A DNA stretch of 63,050 nucleotides, counting the filler, from Reclinomonas americana ATCC 50394 (Eukaryota), in NCBI GenBank assembly GCA_048213135.1. It is 19 parts of 19 records of this genome, joined end to end, with 100 filler letters (N's around TTAATTAATTAA, not from the genome) between each part and the next. Parts side by side here need not be neighbours in the genome. Positions count along the whole stretch, not along the records: positions 47,030 to 54,923 come from AFZH01017618.1; positions 55,024 to 56,364 come from AFZH01017619.1; positions 56,465 to 57,876 come from AFZH01017621.1; positions 57,977 to 60,757 come from AFZH01017623.1; 15 more parts are not named here. One strand, 5' to 3'. Made by a program: the position numbers and the translations under genes. Positions 48,592 through 60,352 of this stretch are shown one piece after another. Numbering within the stretch: the stretch's first letter is position 1; each line of letters opens with the position of its first letter. The notes beneath the pieces were generated by a model. It had not been told where the DNA came from, ran no database searches, and saw only the letters and a program-made list of their open reading frames with translations.

Positions 48592-49752
48592 GATACAGAA
48601 TGCAGCAGACAACCATCTCAGTGAAAGAGAAAGCATCAACGCAACGCGCATCAACATCCTTGTTGGACTGCAGCACAGCCCACGGTAGCACTCGGCAGAC
48701 GATACTCACGTGCCGCACAATCGAAGACACCGGCACGGCCTCGAGAATCTTGTTGTCCAGCTCCAAGAACTCGGACATGTTCGCGAAGACGGGCAGTCGC
48801 AGTTCGCCACCCACGCGAGCTGCCACAGCATCCTCGTCGTCCGTCACCGGTCGGCATACCTCCACCATCGCGAAGCAGTTGTATGTCTTCACACAGCGTA
48901 CGCCAGCTTCCTCACTTTTCACCAGCACCACATTTGCATCGGGCAACACCGGCATCAGGGAGCGACAGAACAACATGTCATGACTGGTATAGGTGACCGT
49001 TCCGTCGTTGAGATTGACAGTGTGCGTGCGCACCTCGTGCAACACCAAGTGGTGCACACGGCCGTACGACTCGACAAGTCGGCCGTTGCGGACATGCCAA
49101 AACGCAATGTCGGCATCGCTGCGCTTGCGACCAACCGTCTCTGTCGCATACCGGGCCGCATGCAGCCCAATGCCAGCGGCGTTCACCAGCCCGCGCTCAC
49201 CAGCAACCGTGACACAGCCCCATCGCAGGTCCTCTGGAAGAATTGTCAACAGGGTGCTGCCGTTGGAAGCCATCGGCAGGTTGAACCTCGACAGGCCAGT
49301 CAACGCCTCTGCACTCAGATCGTATGCAGCCCGATACCCGACAGCCAGTTGCTTAGCCAGCTGACTGGATGGCCTCTTGGACGACGGCAAGTGCGACGAG
49401 TACATCGACGCCTTTCCTCGCAATCGGAGGCAAACAGGTGACTCCGGCACCACATCCGTGTTGGCGTCACACTCGCTCATCGCCAAGTCAACGAGGCTGC
49501 CTGGGATGACCGACTGGTGCAGAATCTTGCGTAGAGATCGTCGCGTGGACAACGTCGTGCCCGCGTACTTGTCAGCGACTGGCTTCATGTAGGAGAGCAA
49601 TGCGCCGCTGATCTTCACCAGACCCTGCCGAAACACGTGGCATTCCGGCAACAAGTTGGAGCCGCCGAGACCGCGACACAGCTCACCGAACACACCTACG
49701 AAAGTCGCAGTCAATGAGCAGACACACACACACACACGCACGTATACACAGC

Positions 49753-49786
<34 letters not shown>

Positions 49787-52700
49787 CGAACGGGACGAAA
49801 CTTTCAAGTGTCCACGCCGAGGTGACATACGACGGCCCAAAATTCTCCAGTGCATACTGTGGGAAGTGCAACAGCTGGTGCAGGGAAATCGTCATGCGCT
49901 CTGGGTCGTGCAACACAGATGGATTAGCCAACACGGAATATAGATCGGAGAGAACTCACACCATTCGTCACGCACTCGTGCCAAAAAGATTGTCATGTGT
50001 CTTGAGCAGCGATGGAAGGCGCAGCTTCACAGTCGACAGCAACGCCGGCGACAGCCGCGCACGGCGGGCCACCACAGTCATCCACACGCACATGACCACC
50101 AGCCACAGAAGGACTTGGTGGTTGATGCGATGGTAGAGACCCATGGGAAGATACGTCTCGATCAAGAACTTGACCAGCGACGCTGTGACACAACGGCTCA
50201 TTGTTGGTTGCCGTACATATACAAGAAGATCAACACAGCGAGGGGCCGGGCACTCACCAGAAGTGTACACCAGCAGCTTGCTGCCAAGATACGTGCGGCG
50301 ACGATTGGTGCAACAACCGCTGAGCTTGACAGGATGCAAAAGACGACGAGTGGCCAACTGCTGCTGTGATTCGTTCAAATATATTTCAGCGCGATCGATG
50401 GCACCGAGGCTCACTCCTGCAGACCGTAAAAACCGTTGGGAGACAAGGCGTCAGCAACGATGACCACACGCCGGTGATCGCAGCGAACGCAGAAGAAGCG
50501 TACCATGAGGAGCACCGATTCCATTGCCAGCAGGAACACCGGGCGCCGGTTGTCGTTGCTGACGTTGTTGCTTCTCTTTCTGTTGTTTTCTCCGCTGAGA
50601 GGCGGCAGCCTGCGCTTGTAAAGCGCCTTGTAGCGCATCAATACCATCCGCATCATCGTCTTCCTCGTCGTCAGCAATGTCGGCAGCCGCCATGTGACGA
50701 CGAATGTCGTAGCTGGAGTACGTGGTAACCAGTGAGCAGTCATAATAAGAGGTCATTGTGGACGCCTCACGTACGCACTCTTTCGCGATCTTTTCGGTGG
50801 CGTTTTTTTCAGCCTGGGTCTCCGGGTCGAAAAACAACGACAGGAACGACTTGCCAGAGCATTGGTAGAGGAGGTGCATACCGTCCGGAGGAAACAGCTT
50901 GGGAAGGCGCACATAGCGCAACAGGCAGAAACTGGGAGAAGGAACACAGGCACACGATGTGAGCACGCCAACAGTTACACAAGAAGGTTGCGAGCTCGTG
51001 CATCGCTACAGACGCACACATTGTATGCCTTGTTCATGAAGCTGTCGTCAGGACGGGTGTTTTGGTTCTCGTGAGTTGCAGCCATCGCCTCCATGAAGCG
51101 CACATGCGGCTTCTCCTCCACCTCGTCAAGGGAATCAATAGTACACGGCCACACTGTTGAATAGCCGACTCTTATGCCCCCCTGGAAGCAGTACATGCAG
51201 CCTGAAGAGAGATGCAACAACTGAGAGACAACGAAACACATCGACAGAACGCACAAAATGAGTGCATACCTTGTGAACTCGGGTACTCCACGTGTCCGCA
51301 CACCGGGTACCTGCACGTACGAATTGAGCGAGACCGCAATGAACAACAATTCCTTCATAAGCAGCCTCCAACCTGATTTTCGAGTCAGCTGCGCGTAAGC
51401 GATTGTTAGTCCGCAGTTGCAGACGAGCATGACGAGTCACCCACGCACCAACAACAAACACCAGCCACAGCTTCCACTTGTGCTTGATCTCGGCGCCACT
51501 CGCGTCGTACCCCTCAACAAACTCTATGCCTGCCGCGCAATCGGAGTCAATCGCAGTCAACCGTGGCCACGCTCGCCACGAGAGCTCACCGCCATTCTCG
51601 TGTGCATAGAAAAGTTCTCTGACGACAAACGACAACACCGCCGACCACTCTCGATCTGGGGCTTTCTTGGGACCTGCATGCATGCAACACTGCGGTGAGA
51701 GAGGTTCACCAGTACAACACCGGTGCACCCACACAATCACGAACCTTGCAACAATCCAATCAAAGCGAACAGCCCAGATTTTCCACGCAGAGTTGGCGGC
51801 AGGTTGAGAATCGACACAGCAATGGGAGTCAACGAGTACGCGCTGTCGAATGGCTGAATGGGGTCGATGTGGATAGCAAGCGCCAACTCGCGAGGCGTTG
51901 TGAAAGCACCATATTCGCTCCGAAGACGACGAAACTCGCGGCTGCCCCAGAAATCATCGGCAGTGTTCCAAGATGGCCGCTCAGGCGCACCTGCAGGCGC
52001 CCCCGCGGCCCGTGGGCATGTTGGGTTGAAAAGGAGATCTCGGAGTGGCTCCTGCAGCACGAAGAGTTGCAGTAGCGACACCAGAGAGACGGTCCACAGG
52101 CGCATGTTTGGCAATGGGTTGCCGTAGCGGCCTCGGTAGAACATGCCGACTGCACACCACTTGCACTCCGAATGCGCTGCTGCCGTCTTGTTCCACCGAT
52201 CATCTGTGTCCATTTGGCGAACAACAGTCTTGGCACAGTCACGGCACACCGCATACGTCGCGGTCACAGGTGTGAACCGGTTGGCGTCGCTCTCCAGACC
52301 CTTGGCCGACCTCGGCCCCGCGCGATTCCTGATCCGCTCAAAGATCTGGTCGACCAGCTCGTCGTCAGCATCCTTGTCACGGAGCATAGTGCGGAGGTCA
52401 TCAATAATGCACTCGCGCTGGAATTCTTGCAGATCGGCGACCGTGTCGAGTGTTGCTTGCGGGGCTTGGTGGCGGCGCATGGCACACACCGTGAGCAAGC
52501 TCGTCAGCGCCTGCGGAAAGTCAGTGTCTGCCGCGTGGAGCAGATTTTGCCAGGCGGCCGCTCGGTCAACCGTTTGCCGCAACGTCTCCGCCACTGGCGC
52601 ATTTAAAAGAACATGTGAGACACAGTGCAGTATTCACGTACGAAGAACGAATGCGCACCATCCTTGGCGATATCCTGGAGGGAACCAAATCCCACGTGAG

Positions 52701-53779
52701 GCAAACACTCGTGGAAGCGTCTGAAGTGCTCTTCCCAGAGTGGGATAAAAGGATCCTCCCCCACCAACTCTGGCTCGCCACCTGCAGCTGCCAGACCGAG
52801 AATGTCCTCCACAGCAAACTCCCCACCAGCCATCGCCATTTCCGCGTCGGCAGGGGCAGCGACACCAGGCACAGCAACAACCTGGTGCGGCAGCAGCGGC
52901 GGTGCAGGCGGTGGTGGCGGAGGAGGTGGTGGTGGTGGCGGTGGCGGTGGTGGTGGTGGTGGCGGTGGTTCGTCTTCTTCAACAAATCGCACAGCAGAGA
53001 AGTCTGCGTGAGCACAGGGTGAGCAAATACGAGAGTGGTGAATGTCAAGTCTCGCAGTCCATGCAACTCACCTGGAAGCGGCTTCTTACAATGCATCTTC
53101 AGGTGCCACCGAGTTATATATTCTTTCGTGCGCTCCGTGATGCCGTTGGCGCGGTGCTCAGCCTGGTGGTACACAAAGTCCGCTCGCTTGAATATCGCGG
53201 CTTGGCACGACGGATGTTCACACAAGACAAGCTCGTTATCCATGAATTGCTTTGCACCAACGCGCTCCATCTTCATGATGAGAGTAATCGGTGCAGGGTG
53301 AGGCCACGCCGATGATCCTGCTGCAGGTACAGCCTTTGCGCCGACACGCATACCGCCTGCAGTGAGGTGATCAGCTGACATACGATCACGCATGCATGAG
53401 AGCAGCATGTGCACATACCCCACTGCAATGGCCGCTGAGGAACCGGTTGACGCTCATGAAACAACGTGATGGCATGCTCATGAGTGACGTTGAATCGAGA
53501 TGGCTCTGCAGGAGCGCCAGCCCCTGAAGAACTTGCGCCACCAGACGATGAGCCAGACTCATTTGACAACAAATCAGCTGCAGCCCGCGCCGCGGATGGA
53601 GGCACTCGGCTGCGGGCAAGGCTGAAGCTGGCAGGAACTATGTGATGGAGAAAGTCATGTAAAACGGATCGGCCACGCTCTCTCTCTCTCTTTCTCTCTC
53701 GCTTTCTCTCTCTCTCACCGACACGCACACGCGTGCTCACTCTCACGCACACACACCTTCTTCTCGTGTTCTTCTTCAT
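48072..53779 (-). CDS. CACTA-type DDE transposase (Transposase_21/Tnp2-like); multi-exon, with an N-terminal C2H2 finger
   Basis: LALAIHIDPIQPFDSAYSLTPIAVSILNLPPTLR..IGLLQG|PKK, VVREL, ADSK, PPDGMHLL, TISLHQLLHFP..ENFGPSYVTSAWTLES. Upstream CEHPSCQAAIFKRADFVYHQAEH (C-x4-C-x12-H-x3-H). Gene ends are approximate. Confidence 0.85.
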
Positions 53780-53923
53780 TCATCTCTCATGAGAACTCAT
53801 ACACACGAGCACACGCAAAAAAACGATCCACTCACGTTCTCCCGACTGGCGAAGCGCTTGAAAGCGCTCAGTTTCTTTGACAGTCCTCTTTCCTTCCGCG
53901 TCACACACCACACACACACACGC

Positions 53924-53981
<58 letters not shown>

Positions 53982-54217
53982 GCACACACGCATGCAAACA
54001 GACAACACACACAGACGCACACACGCATGCAAACAGACAACACATAAGTTTAAATGGGCACGCGTAGTGAGATGAGTGCCCTGCTCACCTCTGATGATGT
54101 TGCCGCGGTCCATGGATGCTCCCAACCACAAAGAACGACAACACTCGATGTCGACCGGCGGCGGGAACCAGGCCGGAAAATTCATTTCTCTCTTTTTTTG
54201 TGTTGTCGGAGCGAAGG

Positions 54218-56245
54218 ATGAACGAACAAACTCGCCAGATGATGGGCCTTGGTCGGCAAGCTGCTGCTCAGCAGCCACCACCGCCACCGCCTGCGACATC
54301 AGCGCCAGCCAGTGCGCGACGACAAGGAACGCCGCCGCCAACCCGATCACCAGCGACGGCGCCGGCGACGCCAATCGCGGGTGCGGAAAAACAAAACTCC
54401 AGCAGCAAAATGCGCAAGCGGCCGCAGTCACCGGTGCCACGAGGAGAGGGTGAGTCTCCACACAAGAAACCACACACCGTGCCTTTGGCAGGTGTGGCGA
54501 GACGGCAAGAGTTGTCTGGAGGTGGTGATGATGGCGCCGCTGCCATGGCCATCTCGAGCGCCATGTCGCCCCCCGACAACAGGAGATCGGCAAATTCTCG
54601 TGCGTGTGCATGCGGGTGTTGTGGGTGTGTGTTGATGTGTGCGCGTGTGTCTGTGTGTTTGTTTCATGGGGTGTTGATCAGTCTGTCTGCTGGGTGTTTG
54701 CTTATTTCACGCGGGTTGCTCGCGCGCGGGAAATGACTTAGTGTTTTTTTCACAGCCCGCTCGTTGTATTCCAGTGTCTCAGGGTTCAGTTTTGGAGAGA
54801 CCGACGACGACGATGATAGCTACTGCCGAGTGCCGTACCATGTCCTTGAGTCGATGATTGACTCTCGGAGTTGCGTGTGCGTGACTGCCGTTGCCTTGTG
54901 TCGCACTCATCTCTCTCTCTCTCNNNNNNNNNNNNNNNNNNNNNNNNNNNNNNNNNNNNNNNNNNNNTTAATTAATTAANNNNNNNNNNNNNNNNNNNNN
55001 NNNNNNNNNNNNNNNNNNNNNNNGCGAGAGAGAAGAGAGAGAGAAGAGAGAGAGAGAGAGGAGGGAGGGAGGAGAGCGACGGAGAGAAAGGGAGAAAGAA
55101 TGCTTGAGGATAAACAAGAGGAGAGAGAGAGGAGGGGGGGAGAGGTGGAGGGAGAGGGAGGTGGAGGGGAGGGGGAATAGAGAGAATGCTTGATAAAAGG
55201 ATGACAGTCAGTGGAAAGAGGGAAAGGGAGAGGAGAGGGGGAGAAGGAGAAGGCCTAGGGAGAGAATGGGAGAAGGGAGAGGGGGAGGGGGAGAGATTGT
55301 GTGCGTGTACCTGCAACTTCTTGTCGCTGCTGAATTCTCCATGTCCTCTCTCCCGCAATCCCTCCCTTTGCGTCCCTCTTTGCCTCCCCACTCGCCTTGG
55401 CGCTAACATGCTTTATTGCACTTTGCGCTCGCAGGAGAACTACTACGCCGCCATGTTGATTACATTTGGCACCGGGGCATTTCACGTTCGATTGGCTGCG
55501 GTGAAGGATGCCAGAGATCAGCTGGTTGCTGCTGCTTGCAGGTTGAAGAACATTTCGGCTGAAGATATTCCAGTATCGGTTTCTTTGGCGTTTGCCGACT
55601 TGGTGTCGAAGAAGGCCAACAATTCGAGAAAGCGCGCTGGCAAGACCGTGCTCACTGCCTTGGGTCGTCTGGCTCTCTTTGTCAAAGTGAGTGCGGTTTT
55701 CCATTCGTGTACATGTGTGCCAAACTCAATGGTATATCTCAAGCTTGCTTACTTGCCCAGAAATCCAACCTGACGGCCAAGGAAGCTGAAGAGGCTTTGA
55801 AGGCGCCTCTCGTCATGGTTGGCATTGATGGACTGCTCCAGGTGAGATGCATTTCTACTGTCTAATCGGTGGGCTTGCTCGATGGTGATTCTTATATTGC
55901 ACAATGCAGTCGGGCAAAGTGGACGACAAGGATGCAGTTCTCCCCTTTGCCGCTTCGGCTCGGTTTGTGTACAGCACATCTACCGGCGTCGCAAGGTTGG
56001 TGCACCAAGGCCAGTGCAACTTCGACGCGGCCGAAGTGGCCGCGGTTGCCGCAACGTGTCCAAGCGTTGCCGAGATGGTCGCCGCCGTTGCCGCTAGCGC
56101 TTCATCCTCCGAGGATCAGCCGGAAGAGGACGTTGAAGGCGAGGCTGCCGGGGACGATGATGGTGAGGAGGTTGAAAAGGAGGAAGAGGAAGAAGAGTGC
56201 GAGATGGAGGTGGACGAGGACAGAGACGAGGGAAGCGAGGAGTGA
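54218..56245 (+). CDS. Transposon-borne accessory gene of unknown function, with an acidic C-terminus; multi-exon
   Basis: Spliced frames MNEQTRQMMG…KMRKRPQSP, ENYYAAMLITFG…KKANNSRKRAGK and SGKVDDK…EEEEEECEMEVDEDRDEGSEE*, all inside the TIRs. Confidence 0.6.
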
Positions 56246-56489
56246 GCAGTAGTTCATTGAGGTTGTGTGTGGTGTGTGGGTGTTTGAGAGAGTACGTGAG
56301 TGAAGGCAGACGATTGTTGCTGTACGCGCTGCAGTGCGGGGGCGGGGGGCGGGGTGGGGCGGGGNNNNNNNNNNNNNNNNNNNNNNNNNNNNNNNNNNNN
56401 NNNNNNNNTTAATTAATTAANNNNNNNNNNNNNNNNNNNNNNNNNNNNNNNNNNNNNNNNNNNNGGGGGCGGGGCGGGGGTGCGGTATA

Positions 56490-56792
56490 GAGCATGGACA
56501 GATGATGGACAGTGGATGGACACTGCATGGACAGTCCACTGGGTGTCCATGGATGGTCCGACCAGGACCACTTTTGTGGTCCATGGACCGAACCGTGGAC
56601 ATGCAGTGTCCGTGGACTGTCCGTGTCACGGTCCATCAGTGTCCATGGAGAGTCCGTACAGTGTCCATGAAAAAGTCCATGGACCGCTCCATGTCCATGC
56701 ATCGGACCATAAAGCGGTCTTGAATAGTGTGGTCCGGCTCCATGGACTGATGTATGGAGACTCCATGCATTGTCCATGAAATGTCCATGGTC
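56490..56792. repeat. Right subterminal repeat array (CATGGAC/GTCCATG)
   Basis: Dense array of the same motif as the left end. Confidence 0.9.
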
Positions 56793-58415
56793 GCCGGGAA
56801 TCGTTCTGTCAGGGAATTGTACATGTTTCACGAGGGGGAGCTGAAGTAGGAGGAGCAGGGGGAGGAGGAGCAGGGGGAGGAGGAGGAGGAGATGTCATGT
56901 GTGTTGCTGCACAGGGCGAGCTGCTTCCACTCGATCAGTCGACGTTGTGTGTCCGGATCCGCTTTTGTGCAGCAAACGCGACGGCTTGATGGAGAAGAGT
57001 GAGACAAGAACACAGAGGAGGATGCTGTTTGTGAAGCACGGACAGCGCGAAAGAGAGAGAGAGACAGTCCGCAGCGCGCCAAAAACCTTGCAACTTCGTC
57101 TCCATTCGATCCTGCGCTGCGTAATGCACACGCGCACGTGGAGGTGAAGACAACAAGCACACTGTTGCACATAGCGCACATGCCACACTGCTCACAACAA
57201 CGCACTTGATATCTTCCCGGGGGTTTGCATTCGTCCCGTTCGTGTCCCGTTTTTGCGAGTTTGAAGAAAGAAAGAACGAATGGCGTCGTCAAGCGCATCT
57301 GCAATGCAGAAAGGTGCACACTCTCTCACAGAGAGAGAGACAGAGAGTGAGAGCAACAGAGAAAGAGAGAGAGTGGCAAGTACAATGAGAAAGTCCGAAT
57401 GCACGCGCGCGCACTCTCACTCACTCGCAGACAGAGAGACAGAGAGACACGCGCACACAGTGAGAAACACGCAAGCATAGTGAAAAGAGGAAATGAGTGA
57501 GTGGAGAGATGCATACTTTCTTATTGTCAACTCACACTCACACTCACAGAGAGAGAGAGCACAAGGAGACTGTGCTCTGTGCGCACACTGACACGCGCGC
57601 ACAGAGAGAGAAAGACGGAGAGTGAGTGTGTGAGTTGATAGCATGAAAGTGCAGTCATTCTCTGTCTTTCTCTGCGCGCGCGCGTGTGTGTGTGTGTGAG
57701 AGAGAGAGAGTGAGTGAGGGAGTGATTGAGTTAGTGAGTGAGTGAGAGTGTGTGTGTGAGAGAGTTTCGCACAGAAAGAGTGAGAGGCAGACAAACACAG
57801 AGCTTCCTCGTCATATCACACTCACACTCACACTCACACTCACACTCACACACGCTCACTTGCAGAGAGAGAGAGANNNNNNNNNNNNNNNNNNNNNNNN
57901 NNNNNNNNNNNNNNNNNNNNTTAATTAATTAANNNNNNNNNNNNNNNNNNNNNNNNNNNNNNNNNNNNNNNNNNNNATCTCTCGTTTGTGCTCGCTTACT
58001 GTCTGGATCCATATTCTCGCGTGCTTCTGAGCTCTTTCCCTATTTGTCGATCACGTTCTCTGACGATTCCCCCCCCTCCTCTCTCTCTCACTGCCTTAAT
58101 CCATCTTCTCGTGTACTCATGCGCTCTGTACTGTTTCGCCCATCCCGGTCTTCACCTCGCTCTAATTCTTTAGTATACTCGCCCCGTGATGTTGTCTCTG
58201 TCACCTCCACTTTCTTCGATTTCTCTCCCCCGCCTCCCTCGCTCCTTCGTTCCCTCCCTCCCTTTCCTCCCTTTCCCTCCCTTTTCCGTGTATCCTCTCC
58301 TCTCCACTCCTCCCTCTTCACTCCTCCACCCTCCCTCCCTCCCTCCCTCTCCCTTTGCCCTCCCTCCCGTCCCTCTTGCCCTCCCATTGCCCTCACCTCC
58401 CTCCCCCTCCACCAG

Positions 58416-60352
58416 GCCGACCGCACCCTCCAACGCGCCTTCCAAGGCTTCGTCACCGCCGACAATGACCGGTGGTACAAGGAGCGCGAGGTCGCCGAGG
58501 CCGAGCCACTGCGCAAGAAGCACCGCATGGAGCAGCGCGACGACACGGACGCGCCGGACAGGAAGCGACGCAAGTCGACAAGTGCCAAGCTGCTGCAGCT
58601 GTCGCAAGTGCACGTGCTGCCGCACAGCAGTTGTGTGTCGGCGCTGGCGTTTGGGTCGCAGTCGGATCGGTTGTTTGCGTGTGGCAAGGTGGGGGGCAAG
58701 GGGGGAAGGGGGAAGGGGAAAGAGAGGGGAAGGGGAAAGAAATGGGAAGGGGCAAGGCGATATGAGAGGAAATGGGCAACGAAGGAAGGAAAAGAAGAAG
58801 AATGAGTGTGAGTGACAAATGTGGGACGGTGGTTAAGGGAGTGGAGACAAAGGATGTAGGGGGAGAAGCAAATGAGTTGGGGTCGGCGAAGGGTAACGTT
58901 GAGAAAGGGAGAAATTAAGGGAAAGGTGGGAGAAGTGAACAAAGGATCTGCAGTGAGAGAGTGGCGGACATTGAGAAAGGGACGGAAAACGGAAAGCAGA
59001 AGGAGAGAGGATTGGACTCGGAGTGAGAGAATGGGGGTCAGTGGAAAATGGTAAAGGCAGTAGGAGAGAGCACGGAATTCGGAGGAGGAGCAAGAGTGAG
59101 GGGGTGGGAGACAAGGGAAGTCGGGAGGAGATGGGGGAATGGGCTCAATGGTGACAAGTGGAGCAGTGAGGAGAGAGCAACGGACCTGGGATGAAGGAAT
59201 GGAGAAAGTGAGAATGAGAGAAGAGGGATAAGAGTTGAGCAAATGATTTGGAGTGTGAGAGTGGGAGACAGTAGGAAAGGGAGGCGGGGAAGGGCGGAAG
59301 GGGAGAGCGTGGCCATTGGAAAGGGAGGATAAGATGAAAGGCGGGAGGAGATGGCAAGCAATTCAGAGTGAGCATGACGGATAGTGGGAAATGGGGGAGG
59401 AAAGTGGAGAGAGCGGAAGAGAGCAAGGGATCGAAGTGAGAGAATGGATGACAACAAGTGAGCAGGGAGGAGAAGGTGGAAAGGCTGGGAAGCAGTGAGG
59501 AGAGAGTGCCGGACCTCGAGCGAGAGAATGGGTGACAGCGGAAATGGGAAAAAGAAGCAGAACGATGGGAGTTGAGCAAGGGAGTGGGCGTGAGAGAGTG
59601 GGAGACAAGGAAAGCAGGGAGGAATGAGTGACAGGGAGAGCAGAAATATCTGAGAGAGATGCGACATGATCTTTCCCCTCTCTCCTAATCCCTTTCCTCA
59701 CTCACAGGGCCTCGTCCGCATCTGGGACGTCTCTGACCGCACCGCCAAATCCCCGCTGGTCGAATTCAGCGCCCTGGACGACGCATACATTCGCGCATGC
59801 AGCCTGATCGGCAACGACGAGCAAGTGGTGATGTGTGGCGAATCGTCGCTGATCACCGTGTTTGATCTGAGTGGGGTGCGTGCATGGCATTTCATCCCCC
59901 TCTCTCTCCTCCCTGCTCACCCTCTGTGGTGCAGTCGCGACCAACGCTCCTTCACCGCATGCAAGCCAAGTCGGCGTACCAGTACGGGCTGGTGCTGAGC
60001 GAGGACGGTCGGTATGCGCACAGCTGCAGCGAGTCGGAAATCGAAATGTGGGATTTGCACAATGGGACATGCGTGCGGTGAGTACGGGAGAGAGAAAGGC
60101 GCAGGCGATGACACTATCCCCTGACTTGTGTGTGCGATGATGCAGCACCACGCCGTGTGCCGGCGAATCGACATCATGCATCGACACGACCAATGACGGT
60201 CGGTACGTGGTGACGGGCGGCCTGGACGCGCAGATTCGTGTGTGGGATGTGGGTACGGGACGCGAGGTGCTGTCGCAGACGCTGCCGGACAAGATCTTTA
60301 CGCTGGCGGTGTGCCCGGCGTTCCGCACGGATGGGAGTTGGATTGCGGCGGG
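58416..60352 (+). CDS. TLE: Groucho/TLE-type WD40 corepressor (partial; exons 58416-58688, 59708-59875, 59935-60077, 60146-60352)
   Basis: QVHVLPHSSCVSALAF..LFACGK|GLVRIWDVS..KSPLVEFSALDDAYIRACSL..VMCGESSLITVFDL, YGLVLSEDG, WDLHN, SCIDTTNDG..TGGLD..RVWD, IFTLAVCP..WIAAG. These are collinear with the TLE propeller (TGGKGCVKVWD, KSPVSQL, YIRSCKL, WDLHN, SCIDIS.DG, TGGLD, IFSLGYCP). A basic NLS-like segment lies upstream. Confidence 0.85.

Larger units (their letters stand above)
47608..56814 (-). mobile_element. CACTA/EnSpm (CMC superfamily) DNA transposon with both ends present
   Basis: Perfect 16-bp TIR CCCTGACAGAACGATT (47608-47623, inverse 56799-56814). 3-bp TSD AAT (47605-47607 and 56815-56817). 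Subterminal GTCCATGGAC arrays and an internal Tnp2-type transposase. Contains two assembly gaps. Confidence 0.92.
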
